Assembly: GCF_009914755.1 (NCBI RefSeq)
Contig: NC_060946.1
Length of the DNA: 64,000 nt
Direction: 5' to 3' (one strand)
Source: the human T2T-CHM13v2.0 reference genome, Homo sapiens
Shown: piece after piece, positions 14,385-26,800 of the stretch
Numbering within the stretch: position 1 is the stretch's first letter
Layout: each line of letters opens with the position of its first letter
The notes under the pieces: generated by a model
Told to the model about the DNA's origin: nothing
What the model saw: the letters and a program-made list of their open reading frames with translations, nothing else
Database searches by the model: none
Made by a program: the position numbers and the translations under genes

Positions 14385-14484
14385 CTGCCACTTATTCTGG
14401 CATCTTCATGAGGCCAGACTCCTCGAGAGGGTTCTCAAAGGCAGTGGCTTCAGCTCACTCCTTGATACTTTCTTTCCATCTCGC
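14385..14484 (-). other. Candidate 100-nt cassette (poison) exon in intron 1
   Basis: GTTTTGATATTTTTAG|GCGAGATGG...AAGTGGCAG|GTATAT; in the exon-1 frame reads RDGKKVSRSELKPLPLRTLSRSLAS* (TGA 14408-14406). Confidence 0.55.
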
Positions 14485-15049
14485 CTAAAAATATCAAAAC
14501 CTCTGTTTATCACGGAGACCAGGAGGAAATGCTCAATATTTATATGTACAGTCAACCTCGGGCAAATCTGCCAGTTAAAAAAGAAGCGGGGATATGAGTG
14601 CACAGGTATTTTTCTCCTAAAGAGCTAATAAATTACCACTACGACCTCCTCCTCACATTTGGCTCAATTTATTTACTGCATATATGTTCTTTCATTTAAT
14701 CCTCACAGTCTTCTAAAGGTATAAAAATGGTCTGAAAGTATAAATGTGTAAACGGAGGTTCAAAGATATTTGATCTCTTAATGAGTAAATGGAAGTTCAG
14801 ACATATTAACCAATTTGCCACAAATTACAAAATTAGTAAATGACAGAGTGCAGGTTCCAGCCCATATCCCTATCAAAGCCCATATACACCTCAACCACTG
14901 TGTGATTCATCCTGGTTTCACTCTACATATTAGCTTACAAAAAATTAATCAATAACTTTTCCAGGAAGAGACAATGGAGAAAAGAATAATCCCTAATAAA
15001 GGAAGTTATCATCATGAACTACAAGATCAGACTAACGCAGACCCACCAG

Positions 15050-16100
15050 GCAGAGGCCTGGAGAGATGCCTCAGGGGACCCAAACTCGTGGATACGGGGC
15101 CACGGGTCACCCGCCCGTCTATCCTGTTTCCAGGGTCATCCGCGCGGGAGACTGCCCCTCTCTGCACAGGCGCCAGGAACCGCGGTCCGGCCTCCATCCA
15201 GCCCTGACAGGGGCCAGGGCGAAGCCTGGGATGCCACAAAGCCAGCTCTCTGCGCCACGACTTCCACCGGATTCGCGAGGGTGGAGTGCGTCCAAAAAGA
15301 ACTGAGGAGGCTCCCGCCACAGCTGCAGGACCCACCTCTTCGCCTTGGTTCCCTTGAACACGAGCTTGGTAGACTTCACATGAGAGTACTCGACTCGCAG
15401 AAGTCGGCTCCGGGAGACTTCTGCGCGGAGAGGCTGAAGCCGGCTCAGGACGAGTATGTGACCCGGAGCAGCACCAGGGCGGGGAGGATCAGAAGTGGAG
15501 GCAAAGTAAACACTCCCTGACAGCGTACTTCTGTCCAGAACCTGCCTTTGTCTTGACCCAAACGCTGAATGGCTGAGATTTCCACTTCCGAGTTTCTGCT
15601 GGGGAGCTATGGCGGCCGCAGAGGGCTGAAAGGTGCCTCACGCAGCTGCTCCCTGGCTCCCTCTCGAGGAGCCCCCAAGGATTCACGCCTCCCTGACGGG
15701 AGTAAAGCCCGCCCGAGGCGCCGGTGCTGGCGGTGGCGGGGCTGCCGGTCGCGCTGTGAAACGGCCTCCCGCTAGAGCTGCGGGCTGGCGACGGTCCCCG
15801 CGGGGGCGGGAAGCGACTTAGGCTGCCCTCGTTGGCCTGCGGCGGCGCGGCTGGAAGCGCGGGCCACTCGTGCGCGGGTCACTCGGGGCTGTGCCTCGTG
15901 TGACTGTGTGTGTAGGAAACAAGCAGGAAATACCCTAAAATAGAATGAAGCACCATGTTGAGGGCCGCGGACGTCATGAGTCCTGTGGGAATGTGGGCTG
16001 AGGTGGAGAGTTATGGTGGCGCGTGTTACAGGCTCAGGGGTCAGGAAGAAGGCTAATCGTGGAGGCGGCATCTGTGGAGGGTCTTGAACGCTGGGCAGGC
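15050..16100. promoter_or_regulatory. CpG island / FRG1-type promoter, probably bidirectional
   Basis: Dense CpG and high GC around exon 1; ETS motif CGGAAGTG (15590-15583), YY1-like CAGCCATT (15575-15568), GC box GGGGGCGGG near 15802. Confidence 0.85.
15336..15596 (-). pseudogene. FRG1: FRG1 paralog exon 1 (5'UTR plus former first codons; ATG absent)
   Basis: Minus strand ...CCGGAGCC-GACTTCTGCGA-GTCGAGTACTCTCATGTGAAGTCTACCAAGCTCGTGTTCAAGGGAACCAAGGCGAAGAG|GTGGGT; donor GT at 15335-15334. 5' end is approximate. Confidence 0.9.
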
Positions 16101-16364
16101 TTTTGCCCGATAGAGATGGAGGAAGCTAGTCCTGTCTGATGGAGGAAACAGGGCGGAGGTGTGGAGGGAGCCATGCAGCGCTGGTGTGAGGAGCCGTGAG
16201 CAGGCCAGGCCTGTAAAGCAGAGTGATGGGAACCAGGATAGAGAAGGCAAGTCGGGGTCCTGTTTTCGCTGAAGAATTTGAATGAAATCAGTAAACAGGT
16301 GAGAGGGATCCATCGCAAGAGCATGGGATGAAACGAGGAGTAGTCCACGGTGATTCCTCTGCAG

Positions 16365-16436
16365 CGGTGGGTATTATTAATCGCGTATGTGACACCAAAA
16401 CGGTGGATATTATTGATCGCGTATGTGACACCAAAA
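16365..16436. repeat. 36-bp tandem duplication
   Basis: CGGTGGGTATTATTAATCGCGTATGTGACACCAAAA followed by CGGTGGATATTATTGATCGCGTATGTGACACCAAAA (2 mismatches). Confidence 0.95.
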
Positions 16437-17719
16437 CCACCCCACTCCGCTCAAGCTGTGGCTCTTTCCCTAAAGTAGAAAACAGAGACCAGTTGGGTTC
16501 CAAGCATCCACGAAGATTTTATTAAATTCGTGATCCCTGGTGGTACCATGGAGTCAGGATTGGCTCATCTCAAACCTGACTCAGAAAGAAAACCATCTCA
16601 ATGTGGAGAGATGAGCGGCCTTACCCGCTACCATAACGTATTTTCTGGTGTTTTCACAGTGCTGCACTTCCTAATCCCCATTCCAGGGCAATCCACATGC
16701 CATGATGTCCAGAGGCATTAACAAGGGAGACACACAGGGGCTCCTCACGTTTGCTTTCCGCGGTTTTGATGAAAATCTCACTTTCCTCATCTCATACAAT
16801 GTGGTTAGTAATCGTATCATTTAGGGTTGAAGAATTAAATGGTATGAATTATATAGGGTGCTTATGATAACCCATGGAAAATGCCTAGGATATGTTAGCT
16901 ATGCTCATCACCAACATCGTTATATGATGGTAATAATCAGATAGGAAGGCCGACACCAAGAAAATGGATACATGCTCTGAGGGAATGAATATGGAGAGAT
17001 CAGAAGGTCAAGAACAAAGCTGTACAACATGTCTGCAGTAAAGGGATAGAGAAAAGAAAGGCTATAAAAGAAGGAATGAAACAGAGTTAGAGTAAAATTA
17101 TAAAATCAAAGCTAAGGAGAATTTCTAGAAAGGGTAATATCATTTAATATCATAGAAGTTTAGGAGCACAAGATGGAAAAAATGCCGGTGGGTAACTGAC
17201 ATTGAGGCAGTCTTTAGGGAAGCTCCATTTCCAATAGAGAAGTAGACAGAAAGTCAGCTTGAAGCAGGGACTAGGTGAAGAAGCTGTTGGCTGGTCGCAT
17301 GGGGAAATAAATAAGGGATGGCATATGCCATATTTCTGTATTTCTTTCTTTCTTGCCCAGCCTCTATATATGCATAGAGTTTGGCAAAAACTTACAAAAA
17401 ATAAAAATGAAACCAATTTCATTTGTAGACTCAAATACAATGCTTTGTGTTAGAATCAAGATAAATTCATGTCTCTCCCTTCTATTGTCACAGTCAGTTT
17501 TGAAATTAAACATCAGCTTTTCTTCCTCATTAAAATCATTTTCAACTCCTCCCAGGTGTTGATGGTTTGGGGGAGTTACATAAACAGTCAGGTCTTGATG
17601 AGTAGAGGAGGAGGGAACAAACACTTTCAGCAAGGGCAGAATTCTGAAATTCTGCTCATATTTTTCTCCAGTAACTTTCCTATGTTTGTGAGGTTATTCA
17701 GTCATAAAGATCCTAGTGA

Positions 17720-17892
17720 CATTTTTTTCAAGCTTGACTAATCGTAATCACTGTGGACGTTTGTTTAAAATGTGTATTCCCAGGCCTCTCACCTGCTGAT
17801 TCTGATTCAGAAGATCACGGATGGGACTCAGAATACATGTGTTTGACAAGTACCACAAGTGGTTCTTATGGTCAGGCAAATTTTGGAATCTA
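17720..17892. mobile_element. MER5-family hAT element
   Basis: gattctgattcag...gtttgacaagtaccacaagtggttcttatg. Confidence 0.6.
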
Positions 17893-19036
17893 ACCAGGAA
17901 TTTATGTTTTTATGACTGGCAGCTAGAAAAGATTCCTAGAGTCTTTGCTTTTTGAAAATAAAATATTCCTTCTTTAAAAGGAAAATTGTATGACTAGATA
18001 CAACATTTATACGTGTGGCACGTGTACTATATGGTGTGCTTTTGTCATATTTACGTTAAAGATGTGTAAGAACACTCTGCAAAAAATTATATATTAAATG
18101 CAAAGAGGGGTAAGTCAGGGTAGGGGAGAAATGGGAAGGGTGTGCTTATTGTTGCTAAAAGGTATAAAAGCCAGAATGATAGCCATCTAAGGTTGCAAAT
18201 AGCACATTGTAAGTTGAGGGAGGTTCATAATCATGTCTGAAACCTTCTTTGATATACTGAGTTGTTAACAGTGGCTTTGGACAAGATTTGAGGGAGAAAC
18301 CAACTATGCTTTAAAGTGTTCATTTAAAAGGCTTTAATTAAAGGAAAGTCTTTGTATTTACTTGAGCTAATTTAACTTCAGGACTTTAACAAATTACTAG
18401 CCCTTAACCTCTTAAAAATTGTCTTTCATTTCACATGAAAGTTTAAGATGGCCTTTATGTTGGATTGGTATACTTGTGTGAAGACTTAACAGCAAGGTAC
18501 TGTACATTTCTAAATGTTTACTTCTTAATTTTGCTGGAAGAAATATACTACTCAATTGATTATTTTTAAAGCAAAGTAAAACAATTTATTTTGACAAGCG
18601 ACACTGTATTTTCCCAGTTTTCTGGTGGCAAAGATTAGGCTTAACATCACTAATCATGAGAGAAATGCAAATCAAAACCAAAACAAGACACTATCCTACA
18701 CCAGTCAGAATAGCTACTATTAAAAAATCAAAAAACAACAGATCTTGGGACGCTGTGGAGAAAAGGGAACATTAATACATAATTGGTGTGAATGTAAATT
18801 AGTTCAGCCACTGTTGAAAGCTGTTTGGAAATTTCACAAAGAATTTAAAATAGAATTACCTTTCAAGCCAACAATTCCATTACTGGTATATGACCCAAAG
18901 AAAGTCAGTTATTCTACCAAAAAGACATATGCACTTGCATGTTCATCGCAGCACTATTCAGAATAGCAAAGACATGGAGTCAGCCTAGGTGCCCATCAAC
19001 AGTGGATTGGATCAATAAAATGTGGTACATCCACAC

Positions 19037-19447
19037 AGTATTATTAGGCCATTCTTGCATTGCTATGAAGAAATACCTGAGACTGGGTAATTTATAAGGA
19101 AAAGAGATTTAATTGGCTCACAGCTCTGCAGGCTGTACAGGAAGCATGGTGACGGCATCTGCATGGTGCTTGTGGAGTCTCCAGGGAGCTTTTACTCATG
19201 ATGGAAGGCAAAGAGGGAGTAGGCCCATCACATGGCCAGAGCAGGAGCAAGAGAGAATGGGAGTGGGGTTAAGTACCACACACCCTTACACAACCAGATC
19301 TTGAAAGAATTCGCTATCACAAGGACGGTATCAGGCCATGAGAGATCCACCCCCATGACCCAAACACCTCCTACCAGGCCCCACCTCCAACACTGAGGAT
19401 TACATTTCACCATGAGATTTATAGGGGCCACCTTCCAAACCATTTCA
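19037..19447 (-). mobile_element. MaLR solo LTR (MSTB/MSTA1-like)
   Basis: gactgggtaatttataaggaaaagagatttaattggctcacag; 5-bp TSD cacac. Confidence 0.88.
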
Positions 19448-19705
19448 CACACCATGGAATACTATGCAGCCATAAAAATAACAAAATCATGTCCTTTGAA
19501 GCAACATGGATGTAGCTGAAGGCCATTATCCTAAGTAAATTAATGCAGGAATACAAATCGAAATACCACATGATCTCACTTATAAGTGGGAGCTAAACAT
19601 TGGGTACTTATGGACATAAAAATGGAAAGAATAAACATTGGGACTACTAGAGGGGAGAAGGAGGAAGGCATGGTTTGATGAACTAACTATTGGATACTAT
19701 GCTCA

Positions 19706-20087
19706 TGTATTAATCTGTTCTCACACTGTTGTATAGAACTACCTGAGACTGGGTAATTTATAAAGAAAAGAGGTTTAACTGACTCACAGTTCCACAGGCT
19801 GTACAGGAAGCATGGCTGGGAGGCTTCAGGAAACTTATAATCATGGCAGAAGGTGAAGGGGGAAGCAAGGCACGTTCTACCATGGCAGCAGGAGACCAAG
19901 TGAGCCAGGGGGGATGTGCCATATGTTTAAACCATCAGATCTCATGAGAACTCACTTACTGTCTAAGAACAGCAAGGGGAAAATCTGCCCTCATGAGATA
20001 ATCACCTCCCACCAGGTCATTTCCGCTGCATTGGGAATTACAATTCAACATGAGATTTGGGTGGGGACACAGAGTCAAAACATACCA
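19706..20087 (-). mobile_element. MaLR solo LTR (MSTA-like)
   Basis: tgtattaatctgttctcacactg...tgagatttgggtggggacacag; partial TSD gctca / aatca. Confidence 0.88.
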
Positions 20088-21379
20088 AATCAGCATCTGG
20101 ATGATGGAATCATTCATACCCCAAAACTCAGCATTATGAGATATACCCATGTAACAAACTGGCACATGTACCCCTGAATGTAAAATACAAGTTAAAATTA
20201 TCTTCAAAATAAATTAACTAATGAATAAATAAATATGATTAAATGAAATTAAAATTTTGAATTAAAAAAAAATTTGAGAATGATTTCAGCTTGACAGTTA
20301 TGTAAGTTACGTAAATGGGAACAGTGAGTTCTGTAGGGTTCAGATCAATTGCACTATCTGTACTAAGTTGATGTCCAGTTGTTTGGATGAAAAGAAAAGA
20401 GGAGAAACATATAGATCTAACAGGAAAAAAGTGGACAAGTTTTTATGATAGCAAAAAGAAGAATGGAGGAAATAGTACTGAGGTTACAGTGATTGATAGA
20501 TATTAATAGACGACTAAGTCAAAAGCCACCGGTTGCAGAAAATATTGATTAATTTTGTTTTATTCCAGTCAGACAACAACATCCTATAACCTGCCTCTAG
20601 AGAAAACCCTTTTAGCCCTGTAATTATCTTTATTCCAAGCACCATTCCATCCATTAAGTAGTGTATAGGGTGATTAATAAGTGAATTATTCACAGAATTA
20701 GGACAGAATTTTTTAGTATTTCAGGATATTAATCTATAGTCAATGAACTAAAATAAAATTTGACTAGAGGTGTGATCACCATGAATGCCATGTTCGTATC
20801 TTGTTAGATTTGGCAACCCAAAGTTGACAAATTTATTAATAAAATAAACGTTCCTTGATGATTAATTTACATTTAGTAAACATGCTCTTTCCTCTTCCTT
20901 CCCTTTCTTATTCATTCATTCATTCATTCCTACAGAGCAGTGACATTCATTCTAAGATTCCCAGAATCCTAAGGAATTCTTGAAAGTCATCATAGGGAGC
21001 CAGGTGTGAGGATTCCCAAAAGTTGTACTTAATACTTGAAAAATCTCAAAAAGTTATATATTTACACCAGAAAAAGCTATACAGGTTTTAAGTTATATAT
21101 ATATAGTTGAATACTTTTTATTTCCATCCAGAACTAAGTCATTAGAGTTAATAATTTTGATTATTTCATACTGACCTAGTGGGTATCCTTTATATATCAT
21201 TGATTACTTATTAGTAAAATAAGAACCCCCCCAAAATTACAAAATAAATATATTTTGTGGGTTTTTCTTAAGGCTTTTGAAACATAAAATCAGAGGAGAG
21301 GATTAAAAGTAATCCTTGATTGTTAAAAAGGCAGGGAACTACTAACTTAGAAAATTGTATGAAAACAGCAAGATATATA

Positions 21380-21552
21380 CATGGCCCTCAGACCAGCTGC
21401 CTGTTTTAATAAAGTTTTGTTGGAGCACATCCATGGATCTATGGTGCTTTCCTGCTACAATGGTAGAGATGAATGGTTGCTATAGAGACCGTATGGTTTG
21501 CAAAGCCTAAAATATTTATCATCTGGTCCTTTATAGCAAAAGTGAACCCAGT
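21380..21552 (+). mobile_element. MER58-like hAT-Charlie fragment
   Basis: aataaagttttgttggagcac...caaagcctaaaatatttatcatctggtcctttatag. Confidence 0.75.
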
Positions 21553-21581
21553 TTTAGAACATTCACTTCACAAATTAAGAT

Positions 21582-22560
<979 letters not shown>

Positions 22561-22649
22561 TTTTGCTAACCAAAAGTTTACTTTGATGAAGATGGAATTA
22601 TAAATACAATAATTCAAGTTTAAAGAATTAGAATGGTAATGGTTAATAC

Positions 22650-22770
22650 AATTTAGTATGCCTAAAAATCATTTGTAAAGCCTACTAACAATGCAAATTC
22701 TTGTGCCTTAGGCCTGAGATTTTGATTCAATAGGTCTAGCATGGGGCATAGGAATCTGTATTTTTAGGAA
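22650..22770. mobile_element. MER5A-like fragment
   Basis: gagattttgattcaataggtctag...ggaatctgtattttta. Confidence 0.55.
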
Positions 22771-23992
22771 TGATAAAGGAAAATTGCTTAAAATAGGGTA
22801 AATTATAACTGACAAATATAAAATGAACACTTGTCTAAGATTTTTGTTTAACTCATTTATTTAATTAGGGAGCCAGTAAGATGTTATACTGAGCTTTATG
22901 GAAAATTAAAAGAGCCACACATATCTAGTCACTAAGGAACACTGAAATAAATCTGCTTGATAGGTTCAAAACTGACTTCTTGATTGAAGGTGGAAACAGG
23001 AAAATTAATTATACTTCCACCAAAATCAATCATTTGCCTGTCTATAGTCAAGAATATTTGCATTACTATCAGTAATCTACAACTAACAGAATTGCAAATA
23101 ACAAGGAAAACAAAAGACACAGAGACCCTATAGAAACAGATAACCCAGGTTATTCTAGACAAGGCTGAGATTTCCATTAAAGACACTCCGTGGTAATTTC
23201 GTTGGTCCATCTTAAAATCTTTCCATTTTCTCCTGAAACAAATTGCTCAAGCAATTCAAATACAATGAATGTGGTCAGTGGGTCGCACATGGAGAAATCA
23301 TTTTCTAACCTATAATCAAGACTGTTGAGTTACTCCCTTCACTGGAAAGAATAAAATATTACCTCATAGATTCGTATTATGATAATGGCCCACTATGAAT
23401 GCTTTGGTGTTCTTAATTTTCTTAAGATTTATTAATATTTCTGAAGTAACTACTGAATGCCAAGCAATATATTTTCTAATTTAATCTTTCACTGACTTTT
23501 ACTTTCACTTCAATTGAGCTACTCACTTTCATGGCTATAAACTTAACTTTTCAATAACTTAAAAATTGATTTCTAATGTTATAAACTTTAATGTTCCACT
23601 CTGTGACATGCTCTTTCAGACTCTCTCTTCCTTATTGCCAATTCACCTTCTATTCTATCTCTTCCAGTGCCCCAGTATCTTGACTCTTCCATTTTCTTTT
23701 TTCTTTTCTTTTATTAAGTGGATACATGATAATTTCACATGTTGATGGGGTACAATGTGGTATTTTGATACATGACACATTGTTAAAACCTCTCCTCCCT
23801 ATCTTTCCCAGTCTGGTAACCACTCTTCTACTCTCTATTAGATCAGTGTTTTTAGATTTCACATATGAATGAGATCATGTGATATTTGTCTTACCGTGGT
23901 TAGCTTATTTCACTTACCACAATGTCCTCTATGATCATTCATGTTGTCACAAGTGACACGATTTTATCCTTTTTTATGGCCAAATGTGCATA

Positions 23993-24282
23993 TGATATAG
24001 TTTGGATATTTGTCCTGACCCATATCTCATGTTATATTGTAATCCCCACTGTTAGAGGTGGTACCTGGTAGGGGGTGTTTAGGTCATGGAGGTGGATCCC
24101 TCATGACTTGGTGCTATCGTCATGATAGTGAATGAGTTTTCAAGCTTCCTGACTAGTCAAGCAGATGTTGGCACTATGCTCCCTGTACAGCCCATGGAAC
24201 CAGGAGCCAATTATGTCTCTTTTCTTTTAAATTATCCAATCTCAGGTGTTTCTTCATAGCAATGCAAGAATGGCCAAATACA
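23993..24282 (+). mobile_element. MaLR solo LTR (MSTB-like, internally deleted)
   Basis: TG...CA termini; exact 5-bp TSD gcata. Confidence 0.85.
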
Positions 24283-26525
24283 GCATATATGCCACATTTT
24301 CTTTATCCATTCGTTCATTGTTGGACACTTCGGTTGATTCTTGGCTATTGTGAATAGTGCTGTAATAAACATGAGAGACCAGAAATCTCTTTGACATACT
24401 GATTTAATATTCTTTGAATATATACCCAGTAGTGGGATTGCTGGATTATGTGATAAGTCTATTTTTAATGTTTTTGGAAGTTATATTGTTTTCCATAGAA
24501 ATTGCTCTAATTTACATTTCCACCAACAGTGTATGAACATTCTCCTTTCTTCACATCCTTGCCAGCATTTGTTATTTTTTGACTTTTTCATAAAAAGCAT
24601 TCTAAGCAGGGTGAGATGATATCTCACTGTGGATTTGACTTGCGTTTCTCTGATTATTACTGATGGTGAGTATTTTTTCATATACCTGTTGGTGATTTTT
24701 TTATCTTATTTGGTGAAATGTCTATTCAACTCTCTTGACTATTTTCTAATCCAATTATTTGTGTTTTTGCTATTGAGTTGTTTGAGTTTTCTATAAATTT
24801 GGGATATTAACCCCTTATCAAGTGAATAGTTTGCAGATATTTTCTCCCATTTTGTAGGTTGTCTCTTCACTCTTGTGATTGTTTCCTATGCAGTGCAGAA
24901 GTTTTTATTTGGAGTAATCCTATTTGTTTATTTTTGCTTTTGTTGTGCATGTCTTTTGATGTGTTTCTAAAAAGTCCTTGCCCAGACCAATGACATATAA
25001 CATTTCATTTATGTTTTCTTCTACTAGTTTCATAGTTTGGGGTCTTACATTTAAACATTTAATTTATTTTGAGTTGATTTTTGTATATTATGAGAGATAA
25101 GGGTCTACTTTCATTCTTTTGTATGTGGATATGAACTTTTCCCAGCATCATTTGTTGAAAAGACTGTCTTTTCCCCATTGAATGTTTGCACCTTTGTCAA
25201 AAATAAGTTGCATGTAAATGTGTGGATTTATGCCTGGGCTCTCTATTTTTGTTGAACTGGTCTACATGCCTGTTTTTATGCCAATACCATGCTGTTTTAG
25301 TTAGGATAGCTTTGTAATATATTTTGAAATTAGATAGTGTAATACCTCTAGCATTGCTCTTTTTGTTTAAGATTTATTTGGCTATTTGGGGTGTTTTGTA
25401 GTTTCCCATGGATTTTAAGATTTTTTTTAATATCTGTGAAGAATGAAATTGGAAATTTGATAGAGATTACATTGGATTTATAGATTGATTCGAGTAGTAT
25501 GGTCATTTCAACAATATTAATTCTTCTAGTCCATGAACATGGGATATCTTTCTATTTATTTTAATTTGTTTAATTGTTTTTATCAATGTTTAATAATTTT
25601 CATCTTTCCGTGGCTTAACTTACTTGTAGGTATTTTGTTTCTTTAATAGCTATTTTAAATGGGATTACTTTCTTGATCCCTTTTTCAGATAGTCTGCTAT
25701 TGGTGTATAGAGATGTTACTGATTTTTTATGTTGCTTTTGTATCCTGAAACCTTATTGTATTCATTTATTATTTCTATTCTCAGTGGTGTATTTAGGGGT
25801 TTTTACATATATGATCATGTCATCTGCAAAGAGGGACAATTTGACTTTTTTTTTTCCAATTTGGATGCCTTTTATTTCTTTCTTTTACCTAATTGTTCTG
25901 ACTAGGACTTCTAGTACTATGTTGAAAAAAATGATTAAAGTGAACATCCTTGTCTTGTTCCAGATCCTAGAGACAAAACTTTCAAGTTTTCACCATTCAG
26001 TGTAATGTTGCCTGTGGGTTATCACATATGATCTTTATTTTATTATGTTCTTTTATAACTAATTTGTTAAAAGGTTTGATCATAAAAGGATGTCTAATTT
26101 TGTCAAATGCTTTTTCTGCATCTATTGAAATGATTATATGTTTTTTATCCTTCTTTGTTTAATGTGATGTATCACATTTTATTGATTTACATGTATTAGA
26201 CTATCCTTACCTCCCTGGGTAAATAACACTTGATTATGGTGAATAATCTTTTAAATGTGCTTTTGAATTATCATTGCTAGAACTGCTGGTTTTGAATGTT
26301 TGCATCTATGTTTATCAATGATATTGGCCTGGAGTTTTCTTTTATTTGCTGTTCTTGTCTCATTTTGGAATCAGGAAATGCTGTCTTCATAGAATGAGTT
26401 TGGAAGAGTTCCCTCCTTTTCATTTTTTTGAAATAGTTTGTAAAAAATTTGTATAAGTTTTTTAAATGTTTTGTAGAATTTGTCAGCGAAAACCACCAAG
26501 TCGTGAACTTTTCTTTCTTCCTCTA

Positions 26526-26800
26526 TTTTTTTGGAGACAGGGTCTCACTCTAGCACTGAGGCTGGCATACAGTGGTGCAGTCATAGCTGACTGCAGCCTC
26601 AAACTCCTGGTCTTAAGTGATCCTCCTGCCTCAGTCTCCTGAGTACAAGTACACACCACTATACCTGGGGAATTTTTATTTTTATTTTTAGAGATGGAGT
26701 GTCATTGTGTTGCCCAGGCTAATCTTGAACTCCTGGCCTCTAGTGATTTTCCTGCCTTGGGCTCCTAAACTGTGAGATTACAGTTGTGAGCTACTGTGTG
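26526..26800 (-). mobile_element. AluJ-like, decayed
   Basis: ggagacagggtctcactc...tgttgcccaggct...gagattacag. Confidence 0.85.

Larger units (their letters stand above)
18645..20270 (+). mobile_element. Older primate L1 3' end (L1PA15/16- or L1PB-like) hosting two MST LTRs
   Basis: ORF2 C-terminus and 3'UTR (acccatgtaacaaactggcacatgtacccctgaatgtaaaat) with A-rich tail. Confidence 0.85.

Noticed and set aside
14974-16348. Cluster of overlapping ORFs around the promoter
   Set aside because: CpG-island composition; only the VKSTKLVFKGTKAK part is FRG1-derived, and it lacks an ATG.
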